A stretch of DNA of 64,000 bases from Sumerlaeia bacterium (lineage in GTDB: Bacteria; Sumerlaeota; Sumerlaeia; SLMS01; JAHLLQ01), in assembly GCA_040219255.1 (NCBI GenBank), contig JAVJSW010000073.1:1-64000 (forward strand). The letters run 5' to 3'. Shown here in pieces: positions 34,562 to 45,180 of this stretch (position 1 is the stretch's first letter; every line of letters starts with the position of its first letter). Made by a program: the position numbers and the translations under genes. The notes beneath the pieces are model-generated. The model did no database searches. It had not been told where the DNA came from and was given only the letters and a program-made list of their open reading frames with translations.

Positions 34562-36169
34562 ATGAGCGACGACGCACGGAAAAATGCCTCACGGCGGGTG
34601 AACTTCGCCGTTATGGTTTCCTTCCTGGGGCGGACGATGGGGATTCTCTCCAGTCTGTTCCTGCTACCCGTGCTGTTCCGCTTTCTCAGCGATGAAGAAA
34701 TCGGCCTGTGGTTCCTGCTGCTCAGCAGCCAGACGTTCCTCGGGCTCCTGGGTTTTGGCGTGGCGCCCACAATGGCGCGCCATATCGCTTTCGCAAAAGG
34801 CCTGAGCGGCCCTGACCCGGAAGTCGAACTGACGGGCGAAAGCCGCGAGCGCATCGCGAATCTGGTCACGACGGGGCGGTACATCCTCTTTGGTGTCGCC
34901 GCGCTTGTCTTGTTGGTGGCGCTGCCTATCGGGTACTTCGCGATCAAGGGGCTCGATCTGGTCGAGGTCCCCTACAGCACGGCGAATATGGCCTGGCTCA
35001 TCGTCTGCATCGGTTATTCCATTGGTGTTTATATTCAGTATCTCAGTTCGTACCTCATCGGCATCGGCTATGTGGGCTGGGACACGACGATCCGGATTCT
35101 GGTGGAGTTCGTGGCTCTGGGGGCCAAATTCCTGATCGTGATTTTCGGCGGTGGCATCGTCGGCCTCGCCATCGCCCAGGTTGCAACCGCGGTGGTCAAC
35201 CGGGCCCTGGTCGTGGCGTTTATTCGCAAGCGCCGGCCCGATCTGTTCCATCTTAAGGGGCGTTGGCAGAGAAGCCTGGTGCAAGAGACCTGGCGCCCGG
35301 CGATTTCCTACTGGGTCATGATGCTGGGGGCGTTCATGCTCAGCAAGACCGACGCCTACTTCATCGCGTTCTTCAAGGGCGTCAACGAACTGCCGCTGTA
35401 CCAGGCGGCCTATCGGCTTTTCGAGAACGTGATGGATATCGCCATCTTGTTCACCACCACATCGGCGACTTTCATCAGCCAAGCCTGGAAAGCGGAGGAC
35501 ATGCGCGGCGTGCATGCTCTGTCCTTTCGTTCCTGGCGCATCGGTGTGGTTGTGATGGCCACGGGGGCGGCTTTCCTGCTGACCGGGGGAAACGATTTCC
35601 TGCATCTTTGGCTAAAGACCGAAGACCAGTTGCCGATGCTGGTTCTGGTGATGATCGCTTGTCTGTTCGGCATGCGGGTGAATTTCAAGTTGCTCAGCAT
35701 GGCCGCCCGGGCGACGGACTTCGAGCGCTGGGCCGTGACAAGTGTGATCGCTGGCATCCTCAATCTGGGTCTGACCTGGTGGCTAATCCAGGAGCTTGGC
35801 TTGTGGGGCGTTCCCTTGAGCACGTTGATTGCTGTCACGGTGACGAACGGATGGTACGTCACCTATCACTCGCTCAAGCGTCTCAAGGTCTCGTTCGGCC
35901 GGTACCTGTTGAACATGCCGCTTTTCGGGGCTGGAATTTTTCTGGTCTGCTTCCTGAGTATCGAGGGGCTCTTCGACGCGGCTTCTCATCTGACTTTCTA
36001 TCAGGAGCAGACCGATTGGGCGCGGGTCGCGATTTCCAGCGGCGTTTGCGCGATAGTGGGGGGATCGGCGTTCATCGCCGTCTCCTTCAGCCGGGTCACC
36101 GGCCAACTCCGCCGTGTGTCCCGCCGGATGCACGGCATGGTTCGAAAGCAACCTTCACCCTCCGTCTAA
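34562..36169 (+). CDS. wzx: Oligosaccharide flippase (Wzx/MOP family)
   Basis: About 13-14 TM segments, with a typical N-terminus (LPVLFRFLSDEEIGLWFLL...FGVAPTMARHIA). Lies inside the glycan operon. Confidence 0.8.
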   Translation: MSDDARKNASRRVNFAVMVSFLGRTMGILSSLFLLPVLFRFLSDEEIGLWFLLLSSQTFLGLLGFGVAPTMARHIAFAKGLSGPDPEVELTGESRERIANLVTTGRYILFGVAALVLLVALPIGYFAIKGLDLVEVPYSTANMAWLIVCIGYSIGVYIQYLSSYLIGIGYVGWDTTIRILVEFVALGAKFLIVIFGGGIVGLAIAQVATAVVNRALVVAFIRKRRPDLFHLKGRWQRSLVQETWRPAISYWVMMLGAFMLSKTDAYFIAFFKGVNELPLYQAAYRLFENVMDIAILFTTTSATFISQAWKAEDMRGVHALSFRSWRIGVVVMATGAAFLLTGGNDFLHLWLKTEDQLPMLVLVMIACLFGMRVNFKLLSMAARATDFERWAVTSVIAGILNLGLTWWLIQELGLWGVPLSTLIAVTVTNGWYVTYHSLKRLKVSFGRYLLNMPLFGAGIFLVCFLSIEGLFDAASHLTFYQEQTDWARVAISSGVCAIVGGSAFIAVSFSRVTGQLRRVSRRMHGMVRKQPSPSV

Positions 36170-36223
36170 GGCGCCCATTGCCGGCCTGGCGGGTTTATCA
36201 TTCTCAAGGGAGACCTCAAGATC

Positions 36224-36985
36224 ATGGCTCTCATGCTCAAATGCGGCGCAGTTTTCCTTCACGTCCCCAAGACCGGTGGATCGTGGGTCACGGAAGTTCT
36301 TCAGGGGTGCGATCTGGTCGCCTACGAGGTCGGCGCCAAGCACGGTTATCTCGACCAGGTGCTCGAGTACCCGAAAATCTTCTCGCAACAGAATTTCAAG
36401 CGCTGTCTCAAGCGCGGCCCTTTCTGGCATCAGGAGGTGATGCAGGCCTTCAAGTTCGGCATCGTCCGCCACCCGCTCAAGTGGTACGAGTCCTGGTTCA
36501 AGTACCTGGGCGGCCGATGGGAGATTCATACTCAGAATCGCAACAATTGTCACAAGTGGAGCATGAACCTCCTGATCGAGGAAAGCGCCGATGACGACTT
36601 CAACGCTTTCGTGCGCAAGCTCAACGAGCGGTGCCCGGGTTTCGCCACTCGCTGCTTCGATCGCTACTTCGGCCCGGAAGTGAACTTTGTCGGGCGCTGC
36701 GAGAACCTGGTGGACGATTTGATTTCCGCTCTGGATTTGTGCAACGCGAGCTATGACGAGGACCGCATCCGCAACTGGCCGCGGGTCAACGAGAGCCCGT
36801 GCCTGGCCGGCAAGCCGAAGTGGGACCCGGAACTGAAAGTCCTGGTGGAGCGTCTGGAAGCCCCTGGTTTCATCAAGTATGGGTACGAACTCGAGCGCTT
36901 CCTGCCGCCCCTGCCGGGCGCCTCCCCCGCGGCTGCCGGCGCTAACGGTAGCACTGCCGCGCAATCGCTCGCCACAACCAACTGA
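36224..36985 (+). CDS. Sulfotransferase (family 2-like)
   Basis: 5'-PSB motif FLHVPKTGGS, 3'-PB-like VRHPLKWYESW, FVGRCENL. Confidence 0.75.
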   Translation: MALMLKCGAVFLHVPKTGGSWVTEVLQGCDLVAYEVGAKHGYLDQVLEYPKIFSQQNFKRCLKRGPFWHQEVMQAFKFGIVRHPLKWYESWFKYLGGRWEIHTQNRNNCHKWSMNLLIEESADDDFNAFVRKLNERCPGFATRCFDRYFGPEVNFVGRCENLVDDLISALDLCNASYDEDRIRNWPRVNESPCLAGKPKWDPELKVLVERLEAPGFIKYGYELERFLPPLPGASPAAAGANGSTAAQSLATTN

Positions 36986-37017
36986 ATGCACCAGCGGGAC
37001 CCGATCCAGGAGGAGAG

Positions 37018-37977
37018 ATGATGACCTTAGCCGAACCCAAAGCCGAAATGGAGTCCTCCGGGGACACTCCGCCAGCGGCGCTGCCTAACTTCATCATGGT
37101 CGGCGCGCCCAAGTGCGGCACCACGGCCATGTTTCGATACCTGAGCGCTCATCCCGAGGTCTTCATGTCCGATCCCAAGGAGCCGATGTACTTCAATTAC
37201 ATGGGCGACGGCAGCGGTTCGGACGAGGCGACCTACGTGACGAACTGGACGGAATACCGCAACCTCTTCTCCGGGGCCGCTGGCAAGGCGGCCATCGGCG
37301 AGGCGTCCACCTGGTATCTCTACAGCCCCGCCGCCGCCAAGCGCATCCACGATCGCCTGCCGGACGCGAAGATCATCGCTTTCCTGCGCCAGCCGGTGGA
37401 TCGCGCATGGTCTTTGTATAACTTCAACATTCAGCGCCGCAAAGGCGAGTTGGCGACGTTTGAGGAGGAGTTGGCCCGCGAACCCGAGTTCGTGGAAAAG
37501 CGCTCGTCCTGGGAGCGGCATTACTTGGGTTTCGGGCGCTATGGCGAGCAGCTCGAGCGCTACTATACGCTCTTCCCGCGAGAAAACATTCGTGTCTACC
37601 TGATGGACGAAATCCAGGCCGACTCGGTGGCCGTGGCCCGCGATCTGCTCCAATTCATCGGGGTGGACCCTTCCTTCGCCAAAGACGCCGTGAAGGGCGC
37701 GAACGTGACCTTCGTTCCCAAGAACAAGGCGATCCACAAGTTTTTCGGAAACCAGGGTCTGCGCGCCCTGACGGCCAAAATCCTTCCGGAAGCCATCAAG
37801 CGCCGCATCCGCAAGGTGGAGCGAGACAACATGACTCGGCCGCCCAAGCTGGACCCGGCTCTGCGCGAGAAACTGACGCGGCCCTTCCACGACGATTTCC
37901 GCAAAATCGAGGAACTGACCGGCAAGGACTTGTCCGCCTGGTACGCCAAGGATTCGGCCGGAGCGGCCAAAGGATGA
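37018..37977 (+). CDS. Sulfotransferase (heparan-sulfate-sulfotransferase-like PAPS motifs)
   Basis: PNFIMVGAPKCGTT, HPEV, KEPMYF, GEASTWY, LRQPVDRAWS. AGGAG RBS. Confidence 0.9.
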   Translation: MMTLAEPKAEMESSGDTPPAALPNFIMVGAPKCGTTAMFRYLSAHPEVFMSDPKEPMYFNYMGDGSGSDEATYVTNWTEYRNLFSGAAGKAAIGEASTWYLYSPAAAKRIHDRLPDAKIIAFLRQPVDRAWSLYNFNIQRRKGELATFEEELAREPEFVEKRSSWERHYLGFGRYGEQLERYYTLFPRENIRVYLMDEIQADSVAVARDLLQFIGVDPSFAKDAVKGANVTFVPKNKAIHKFFGNQGLRALTAKILPEAIKRRIRKVERDNMTRPPKLDPALREKLTRPFHDDFRKIEELTGKDLSAWYAKDSAGAAKG

Positions 37978-37980
37978 CCT

Positions 37981-38910
37981 ATGAGTAAGCGTCTGACCGT
38001 TGCCCTGCCCACCTACAACCGCGAGTCGATGCTGCGCCCCGCCATCGAGAGCGTCCTCAAGTGTCCCCGCCAGGACTTCGAACTCCTCATCGTGGACAAC
38101 GCCAGCAAGGACAAGACCGGCGAACTGGTGGCCTCCTTCGACGATCCCCGCATCGTGTACAAGCGCTACGATGAAGTGGTCAGCATGTACGCCAACCACA
38201 ACCGCTGCATTCGAGACGCGAATTCGGAGTGGGTGGCGTTCCTTCACAGCGACGACAAATTCAGCGACCTGGAAAACGCCTTCAAGCTCCTTGACGAGCA
38301 CGGCGAGAGCGCTGACGTGGTCTGGACTCATTCCTACATCCCGGCGCGCCACAACCACCAGCGGCTGACCTGGCGGGAAATCCTCAAGATGCTCAACGGC
38401 TACTCGCCCTGCGGAAAGCTCTATCGGGCTTCGGCGGTCGAGAACGCCGGGTTTTTCGCCGAGGACAATATCATCTCCGACTGGGAAACCTGCCTGCATA
38501 TCGCCTATGGCGGCGGGACCATCGTGGTGGATCAGGACAAGCCGTTCGTGGAGCGCGTTTTCCATGAGGGCCAATCGCAGGTTGGCATCAAGTACGACGG
38601 CACCTTCTACACGCACCGGGCCCGATGCGTGAAACGCTTCTTCGCCAGCATCCGGCCCGAAGATCGCGAGGCGCTGCTCGACGAAATCGCGTCCGATTGG
38701 GACGGGGTCAAGTCTCGAGAACTGGCGCTGCTGTTGAACCTGGCGGGTCGCCGCGGCGACGCCCGCGAAGTCATCGCCCGCTCAACCGAAAGCGGCCGCC
38801 TGAAGCTCTCCGCCAAGGCGAAGTTCAAGAACCTGATCGCTTCCGCTCTGGGCGAGCGGCATTATGAAAAAGTCTACTGGATTCTCGGCCCGATGACCCG
38901 GCCCCGCTAA
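37981..38910 (+). CDS. Glycosyltransferase family 2
   Basis: VALPTYNR, IVDNASKD, FLHSDD. Confidence 0.88.
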   Translation: MSKRLTVALPTYNRESMLRPAIESVLKCPRQDFELLIVDNASKDKTGELVASFDDPRIVYKRYDEVVSMYANHNRCIRDANSEWVAFLHSDDKFSDLENAFKLLDEHGESADVVWTHSYIPARHNHQRLTWREILKMLNGYSPCGKLYRASAVENAGFFAEDNIISDWETCLHIAYGGGTIVVDQDKPFVERVFHEGQSQVGIKYDGTFYTHRARCVKRFFASIRPEDREALLDEIASDWDGVKSRELALLLNLAGRRGDAREVIARSTESGRLKLSAKAKFKNLIASALGERHYEKVYWILGPMTRPR

Positions 38911-38926
38911 GGAGAACGCTGTCGTT

Positions 38927-40120
38927 TTGGAAACGCTCACCGAGCCAGAAACGAATTCGACCCCGGCGTCTGACGAAATCGCCAGAGCGCCGCGCGTGGC
39001 GTTTTACCTGCCGTCGCTGGCTGGCGGGGGAGCGGAACGGACCATTCTCAAACTGGCGGCGCGATTCTCCGAAATCGGCATCCCTACCGATTTGGTTCTG
39101 GCTAAGGTCAAGGGGGCCTACACCGGCGATGTGCCGGAAGCGATACGCGTACTGGAAATCGGCTCCACGTCGGTCAAGCAGCGCCTGCCCTGGCTGATGA
39201 AGTACCTGCGGCGCGAGCGGCCCCACGCTATGATCACGGCCCTGGATCACGGAAATGTAGCGGGCATCGCCAAGAAGCTGAGCCTTTCCAGGACGCGCGT
39301 TATCTACACGATTCGCAATCAGTTGTCCTTGGAACTGGGCCCCAATCGCGTGGCCAAAGAGCAGGCCCGCAGCTTTCATATCGCCAAGCGCTTCTTTCGC
39401 TGGGCCGACGCGGTGGTGGGCGTGTCCGACGGCGTTTGCGACGATTTCGCCGACTTCGCCGATTTTCCCCGCCATCGAATCCAGACGATCTACAACCCGA
39501 TCGTGACGCCGCTCCTGCTCGAGCAGGCGGAGGCGGGTGTGCCGGACCATCCGTTCTTTCATCGCGAGGACCGCCAGCCGATCATCGTCGGCGCCGGGAG
39601 GCTGTCTTCCCAGAAGAACTTCCCCTGCCTGATGAAGGCCTTCGCGAAGATGCGTCGGGAAATGCCGAGCCGGCTGCTCATTCTCGGCAAGGGAGAATTG
39701 CTCGAGAAGCTAGAGAGTCTCGGGAAGGACCTCGGCCTGGGTCCGGACGATTTCGATCTGCCGGGATTTCAGGCCAATCCCTACCGGTATTTCCGTCATG
39801 CCGATCTGTTCGTTTTGTCGTCGAACTTCGAGGGCCTCCCCGGCGCCCTGAGCGAAGCGCTGGCCTGCGGTTGCCCGGTGGTCTCGACCGATTGCCCAAG
39901 CGGTCCGAGGGAAATTCTCGAGGACGGGCGATGGGGCGAACTGGTGCCGGTCGACGATCCGGATGCCTTGGCCGCCGCGATGCTGCGAACGCTTCGCAAT
40001 CCGCCGAAGCGCGAGATCTGCCGCGCCCGGGGCATGGCTTTTTCCCAGGACCGCTCGGTGGCGAATTATCTGAAGATCATCGGGCTCGGCCAGTTCGCTC
40101 CGGAGAACTCGCCGTCATGA
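38927..40120 (+). CDS. Glycosyltransferase family 4
   Basis: GGGAER, GRLSSQKNF, SNFEGLPGALSEA (EX7E), TDCPSGPREIL. Confidence 0.9.
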   Translation: METLTEPETNSTPASDEIARAPRVAFYLPSLAGGGAERTILKLAARFSEIGIPTDLVLAKVKGAYTGDVPEAIRVLEIGSTSVKQRLPWLMKYLRRERPHAMITALDHGNVAGIAKKLSLSRTRVIYTIRNQLSLELGPNRVAKEQARSFHIAKRFFRWADAVVGVSDGVCDDFADFADFPRHRIQTIYNPIVTPLLLEQAEAGVPDHPFFHREDRQPIIVGAGRLSSQKNFPCLMKAFAKMRREMPSRLLILGKGELLEKLESLGKDLGLGPDDFDLPGFQANPYRYFRHADLFVLSSNFEGLPGALSEALACGCPVVSTDCPSGPREILEDGRWGELVPVDDPDALAAAMLRTLRNPPKREICRARGMAFSQDRSVANYLKIIGLGQFAPENSPS

Positions 40121-41379
40121 CCAAGCGCAAGATCCTCATCAGTGGCGGGCTCGCCGGGGGCGGCATCAAGACCATCGTCAAGAACGTCCTCCAACTGCTC
40201 GCGCGGGAAGACGCCGAAGTCACGGTGCTCTCTCTGCAAAGCCATTGGACGCCCGAGGATTTCCGCGACGTCGAGGGCAGCGGGGCCCGATTCGTTTATC
40301 CAAAGAGCCCGCTTCTCAAACTGCCCCACGGAGCCAAAATCGAAGCGATTCTGACCTGGCCCCTGAGGCTTCGCCGAGACTTCGATGTGCTCTACTGCAT
40401 CGGCCATTCGAAAGTCCACGCCCCACTGCGCAAGTTTCTCGGGCCCGGGGGCCTCAGCATCTATCACGAGGTGGTGGAAGCGCCCCATCCGGACGTTCGC
40501 GATGGCTCGGCGAAAATCCGCGACATCATGGTACACGATGGTATTGTGGCGACATCGCGCGATATCGCCGAGCGGATGCGCCCCTTCTTTCCCGCCAAAC
40601 CGATGACGGTGATTCCATCGCTTCTGGAGCACGTCCCCGCCCCCGTGAATCGCAGGCCGGGCCCCGTTTCCGCCGACGGCAAGCTCAACGTGGCCTATCT
40701 GAGCCGCATCGCGAAGCAGAAGTTTCCCCACTGGCTGGTGGCGCGATGGAAGGAATGGACCGAACGGCCCGGGCCTTTGCAGGGTGCTCGGCTGAACCTC
40801 TATGCCAGTACCAAGGCCAATGAAACCAAGGACTCGGCTCTTGTGCTCGATCAAATTCTGCGGACCATTCAGAAGGACGATCTGGCTGGCCAGGTGATCC
40901 TCCACCGCACGGAGTTCCGAGGCGAGGACCGGATGGAAAAGCTCCGCGCCGTTTTTGCCGAATCCGACCTGATCGCGTTGCCCTCGTTTTACGAGGGCCT
41001 GCCACTTAGCCTGGTGGAAGCGATGCTCCATGGCGTGCCCATCGTGGCCCTGGCTTCAGGGGGAATTGCCGAATTGGGCGATGACAATCCGGATGCGGAA
41101 ATCGCCGATTTCCTCCTGTCCGACGGGCACGATCCGAACTTCGCCCGCTTCGAGGCGGCGCTGTTCCGCATCGCCGAACGCATCCAATCCGGGGAAAACG
41201 ATCCCCAGCGCCTCCACAAATGGACTAACGAGCGCTACGGGTACGAGGTGGCCCGGGCGAGATGGGTCCGGGCTTTCTTCGAGACCGATGAGTTTCTGGC
41301 GGCACTGCGAAATGAGCCGGTCAGGCAAGCTTCCAAGTCCGGCGACGAGTCCTCCGCGGCGGCGGCCAGCGTTTCGTGA
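40117..41379 (+). CDS. Glycosyltransferase family 4
   Basis: LSRIAKQK, PSFYEGLPLSLVEA. Start MTKRKIL at an ATGA overlap. Confidence 0.85.
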   Translation: MTKRKILISGGLAGGGIKTIVKNVLQLLAREDAEVTVLSLQSHWTPEDFRDVEGSGARFVYPKSPLLKLPHGAKIEAILTWPLRLRRDFDVLYCIGHSKVHAPLRKFLGPGGLSIYHEVVEAPHPDVRDGSAKIRDIMVHDGIVATSRDIAERMRPFFPAKPMTVIPSLLEHVPAPVNRRPGPVSADGKLNVAYLSRIAKQKFPHWLVARWKEWTERPGPLQGARLNLYASTKANETKDSALVLDQILRTIQKDDLAGQVILHRTEFRGEDRMEKLRAVFAESDLIALPSFYEGLPLSLVEAMLHGVPIVALASGGIAELGDDNPDAEIADFLLSDGHDPNFARFEAALFRIAERIQSGENDPQRLHKWTNERYGYEVARARWVRAFFETDEFLAALRNEPVRQASKSGDESSAAAASVS

Positions 41380-42638
41380 CCCCGACCTCGCCTCCGCGGT
41401 TTCTCCTGGCAATGCTCGGCGCGCGGCGGCACTATGCGGTGCCGCAAATCCTCCACCGGGCCGGCATGCTGTCCCACTTCGTTACGGATCTGACGAGCGC
41501 CCGGGGGTTGCCTTCCCTGCTGACCCATTTGCCCCAGCGCCTCCTTCCCGCATCCCTGCGCCGCATCGCCCAGCGCCGACCCAAGTCCATCCCCTCAAGC
41601 CACATCACCGCCTTCAATGGCTTCGGGTTGGAGTATGCCCGGCGTCTCAAAGCTGCCCGGACTCCCGGCGACCGCACCGCCGCCTTCCTTTGGAGCGGCA
41701 GGAAGTTCACCTCACTCATTTTGGAAAAGGGGCTGCTCGATCGGCGGCGCGGTGGCGGCACAAACGCCGTCTATACCTTCAACAGCGCCGGCCTCGAGCT
41801 TCTCCACGCCGCCCGGCAGCGCGGCCTGCTCGCCGTGATGGACCAAACGATTGCCCCGAAAGCCTACGAATCCTATTTGCTGCACCTCGCACACGACCGT
41901 TTTCCCGAATGGGATGTGGCGTTGGCGGAGGACCCGCTGCGGGGCGAGTACGCCGAGCGCGAAAAGGCCGAGTGGGACGCGGCGGATTGGATCGTCTGCG
42001 GCTCGGAATTCGTGCGCCAGGGCATCGTCTGGTCCGGCGGGGCCGAAGGCAAGTGTCTCGTCGTTCCTTACGGCACCAGCCACGCCCATCCGGGGATCGA
42101 GCCCCGCCGGCGTCCGGAGGGCCGCAAGCTGCGGGTGCTTTTCCTGGGCCAGGTGAACCTGCGAAAAGGCATTCCGGTGGTATACGACGCCGCCCGCTCC
42201 CTGGCAGGAAAAGCGGAATTCCGCGTCGTCGGCCCTGTTCTCGTTCCTGACGGGGCCCGCGAGAAGTTGTCCCAGGTGGCCGAAGTGCTTGGATCGGTTC
42301 CCCGCTCTGATGTTCATCGGCACTACGAATGGGCCGACGTGTTTGTTTTTCCCTCGCTTTGCGAGGGCTCCGCGGGGGTGACTTACGAGGCCTTGGCCTG
42401 TGGCCTGCCGCTGATCACGACGGAGAATTCCGGCAGCATCGTCCGCGACGGAGAGGATGGGTTCATCGTTCCGGTCATGGAAAGCGAACCGGTCGTCGCG
42501 GCGCTGGAGCGCCTCCTGTCGGAGCCGGGCCTGTTGGAGACGATGAGCCGAGGTGCGCTGGAGCGAGCCGCACACGGAACGTCCGCTTCCTATCAGGGGC
42601 GGCTGGTCTGCGAATTGGCGGGATTGGCGAATCGCTGA
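41376..42638 (+). CDS. Glycosyltransferase family 4
   Basis: GARRHYAVP, LRKG, PSLCEGSAGVTYEA. GTGA overlap. Confidence 0.88.
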   Translation: MTPTSPPRFLLAMLGARRHYAVPQILHRAGMLSHFVTDLTSARGLPSLLTHLPQRLLPASLRRIAQRRPKSIPSSHITAFNGFGLEYARRLKAARTPGDRTAAFLWSGRKFTSLILEKGLLDRRRGGGTNAVYTFNSAGLELLHAARQRGLLAVMDQTIAPKAYESYLLHLAHDRFPEWDVALAEDPLRGEYAEREKAEWDAADWIVCGSEFVRQGIVWSGGAEGKCLVVPYGTSHAHPGIEPRRRPEGRKLRVLFLGQVNLRKGIPVVYDAARSLAGKAEFRVVGPVLVPDGAREKLSQVAEVLGSVPRSDVHRHYEWADVFVFPSLCEGSAGVTYEALACGLPLITTENSGSIVRDGEDGFIVPVMESEPVVAALERLLSEPGLLETMSRGALERAAHGTSASYQGRLVCELAGLANR

Positions 42639-42698
42639 AGGGGGCGTCAGCGCGCTCTCTCGGCTCAAGCATTACACGTTTCGAGGTCGAATAGTCGT

Positions 42699-43829
42699 AT
42701 GAAAGTCTTACTGTCTTGCACGGGCGTCGGGATTATGACCCGGGGCATCGAAACCTTTGCCAGAGAATGCTTCGACGGCCTGCATGGGATGCAGGGTCTG
42801 AACATCAAGCTCGTTAGGGGCCGGGGCGAAGGAGGGGAGGATGAAATTCGCGTGCGCTGTATTCGGCGCGACAACCCGGTGGCGGACCGGTTGGCTAAGC
42901 TGACCGGCCGCAACGGCTATGTGGTCGAGCAGTTGAGTTCCCTTCCCGCCATTATCAAGGTCATCCGCGAGTTCCAGCCCGACGTGGTCTTCAGCAGCGA
43001 AGCCAACCTGTTGTTCCAACTCTATAAACGGCGCGCCAAGATCGGCGTGCCTTACCGGACGCTGTTTTCGAACGGCGGGCCGACGCATCCGCCCTTTGTC
43101 CGGCGCGATCACGTTCAGCAGGTGGCTCCGTTCTACCTCGAGGAGGCCCTCGAGGCGGGCGAACCGGAAGCCAAGCACACGCTCGTTCCCTACGGCATCA
43201 AGGTTCCTTCCGGCGTCCTGGAACCGGTGGGGGTGGAAGAAAAAGCCGCTCTCCGGAAACGGCTCGGATTGCCGGGGGACCGGCCCGTCGTTCTCTCGGT
43301 GGGCTGGATCAGCACCAAGTCCCACAAGCGCCCCCAGTACCTGATCCGCGAAATGGCGAAGCTGGGCCAGCCACGCCCCTTCCTGATGATGCTGGGTCAT
43401 CTGGACGAAGATTCGGAAACCGTTCTGGCGGAGGCCCGCGACCTGCTGGGCGAGGAGAATTTCCTGGCGCGCTCCGTTCCCTACGAAGAAGTGAACGATT
43501 ACTATCGCTGCTCCGACGTTTTTGCCCTGGCGAGTCTCTCCGAAGGCTTCGGAAGGGTTTACCTCGAGGCCATGATCAACGGCCTGCCAATCGTCTGCCA
43601 CGATCACCCCGTGATGCGGTACGTGGTCGGTGACGGAGGGCACTTCGGTGACTTCAACGAGCCGGAGGGTATGGCCCCGATCCTGCGGAAGTTGATGGAC
43701 GGCGGGGCTCCGATCGGCCAGGACCCGGCTCTTCGCGAGTCGGTAAGGAAGCGCTTTTCATGGGAAACTCTCCAACCGCGCTATTTGGAGATGTTTCATC
43801 GTTGCGCGGCGATGCCACTCCCCGCATAG
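42699..43829 (+). CDS. Glycosyltransferase family 4
   Basis: RGIET, HKR, ASLSEGFGRVYLEA. Confidence 0.88.
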   Translation: MKVLLSCTGVGIMTRGIETFARECFDGLHGMQGLNIKLVRGRGEGGEDEIRVRCIRRDNPVADRLAKLTGRNGYVVEQLSSLPAIIKVIREFQPDVVFSSEANLLFQLYKRRAKIGVPYRTLFSNGGPTHPPFVRRDHVQQVAPFYLEEALEAGEPEAKHTLVPYGIKVPSGVLEPVGVEEKAALRKRLGLPGDRPVVLSVGWISTKSHKRPQYLIREMAKLGQPRPFLMMLGHLDEDSETVLAEARDLLGEENFLARSVPYEEVNDYYRCSDVFALASLSEGFGRVYLEAMINGLPIVCHDHPVMRYVVGDGGHFGDFNEPEGMAPILRKLMDGGAPIGQDPALRESVRKRFSWETLQPRYLEMFHRCAAMPLPA

Positions 43830-43860
43830 TTATCAGAACCTCGACGAGGCACGAAATCGC

Positions 43861-45180
43861 ATGACGACCCTCCTCCTGGCGGTGCTCTTCCTCTCCAACT
43901 TCTCTGTGCTTGCCTGGTGTTTCATCAAGCGTGAGCGGATCTATGAGTACCCCTTCTTCCTGGGTGGCATCTTCGCCGTGTTCGTGCTTCCGCAGGCGTT
44001 GGCGCTGGCTCAAAATCCCGAACCGATGTCAACGCAGGCGGTGAATCGCATCTTCGTGGTGTCGATTCTGTGTCTCTTGGGCGGCTTCGCCGGCTACTTC
44101 GTCTATCGGCCCAAACCCTCCACGCTCAGCCGTTTCGACTCTCATCTTCATCCGGTCCGGGTGTTCCACGCAGGCATTCTGTTCCTCGTTGTCGGTCTCG
44201 TCAGCTTTCGACTGATGCTCCAATCCGCCACGGCGGGCTCCTCCAGCATCGGCAATTTCACGGGTTGGTCGACCAAGTTCCACTTCTTCAGCCAGCTCGT
44301 CTATCCGGCACTTGCCATCTTGATCTTCAACGCCATTCGCAAGAAAACGCTCGGGTCCTATATCCTGGTTCTCGCCGCGGCCGCCATGCCCTTGCGAAGC
44401 GCGATCAAATGGGGGCGGCGTGAAGACATGGCGACGCTGGCGCTGACGATCGGCATCGCACTTTTCTTCGAGAAGGGCTATAAGGTCAATCGTGCCGTGG
44501 CTTTGGGCGGCTTGCTCTTTGTCGCCGTCGCCATTCCCTTCACCACGATTTATCGCCAGTACTCCCGCGATGGCCGCTACTCCGAGATGCTCCAGTACAA
44601 CCCCGTGGAGATTTTCATCGAGCACGTCAACGCTGGTGAGGTGCTCGAACTCAGAAATGCCGCCTATTACGCGGACACCGCTCTCGTGACCAATACCATC
44701 GCGTACGGCACCGGCTATTGGGACACGATGGTCTTCCGTTTTGTCCCGGCCCAGTTCGTCGGCGCCGAATTCAAGAACAGCCTCCGTTTCAAAATCGGCC
44801 GCGAAATCCACCCGGATATCAAGTACGCCATTCACCCTGGCACAACCAAGACCGGCATGGGCGATACCTTCGAGCAACTCGGTTACTTCGGCTTTGTCGT
44901 CTTCCTCATCATTGGTGCAATCTTCCGGTTCGTGTGGAGCCTCGCCCGAGAACGGGAGAATGTCGCCGCCCAGGTCATGTACGTCACCCTCGTCCCATCC
45001 GCCATGACCTCCGTCACCCACGGAACGATGCGCTTCTTTCCCGACTTCGTGTTCCTCCTCGTCTTCATCGGCATCATGGTGCTCCACGCCCGCACCCGCC
45101 GAGTCATCGTCATCCCCAATTCGCGATCACGCCAACCCCAAGTCGCCGCCATGCAACCCCGATGGAACACGCCGCAATGA
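43861..45180 (+). CDS. wzy: Putative polysaccharide polymerase (Wzy-like)
   Basis: About 11 TM segments, a GRRE motif and a large late extracytoplasmic loop. Embedded among glycosyltransferases. Confidence 0.65.
   Translation: MTTLLLAVLFLSNFSVLAWCFIKRERIYEYPFFLGGIFAVFVLPQALALAQNPEPMSTQAVNRIFVVSILCLLGGFAGYFVYRPKPSTLSRFDSHLHPVRVFHAGILFLVVGLVSFRLMLQSATAGSSSIGNFTGWSTKFHFFSQLVYPALAILIFNAIRKKTLGSYILVLAAAAMPLRSAIKWGRREDMATLALTIGIALFFEKGYKVNRAVALGGLLFVAVAIPFTTIYRQYSRDGRYSEMLQYNPVEIFIEHVNAGEVLELRNAAYYADTALVTNTIAYGTGYWDTMVFRFVPAQFVGAEFKNSLRFKIGREIHPDIKYAIHPGTTKTGMGDTFEQLGYFGFVVFLIIGAIFRFVWSLARERENVAAQVMYVTLVPSAMTSVTHGTMRFFPDFVFLLVFIGIMVLHARTRRVIVIPNSRSRQPQVAAMQPRWNTPQ

Noticed and set aside
39436-40116. 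N-terminal extensions of track ORFs 39436-41379, 44718-46445, 46109-47698 and 48050-49327
   Set aside because: They overlap other genes; the true starts are at ATGA-coupled or motif-supported positions downstream.
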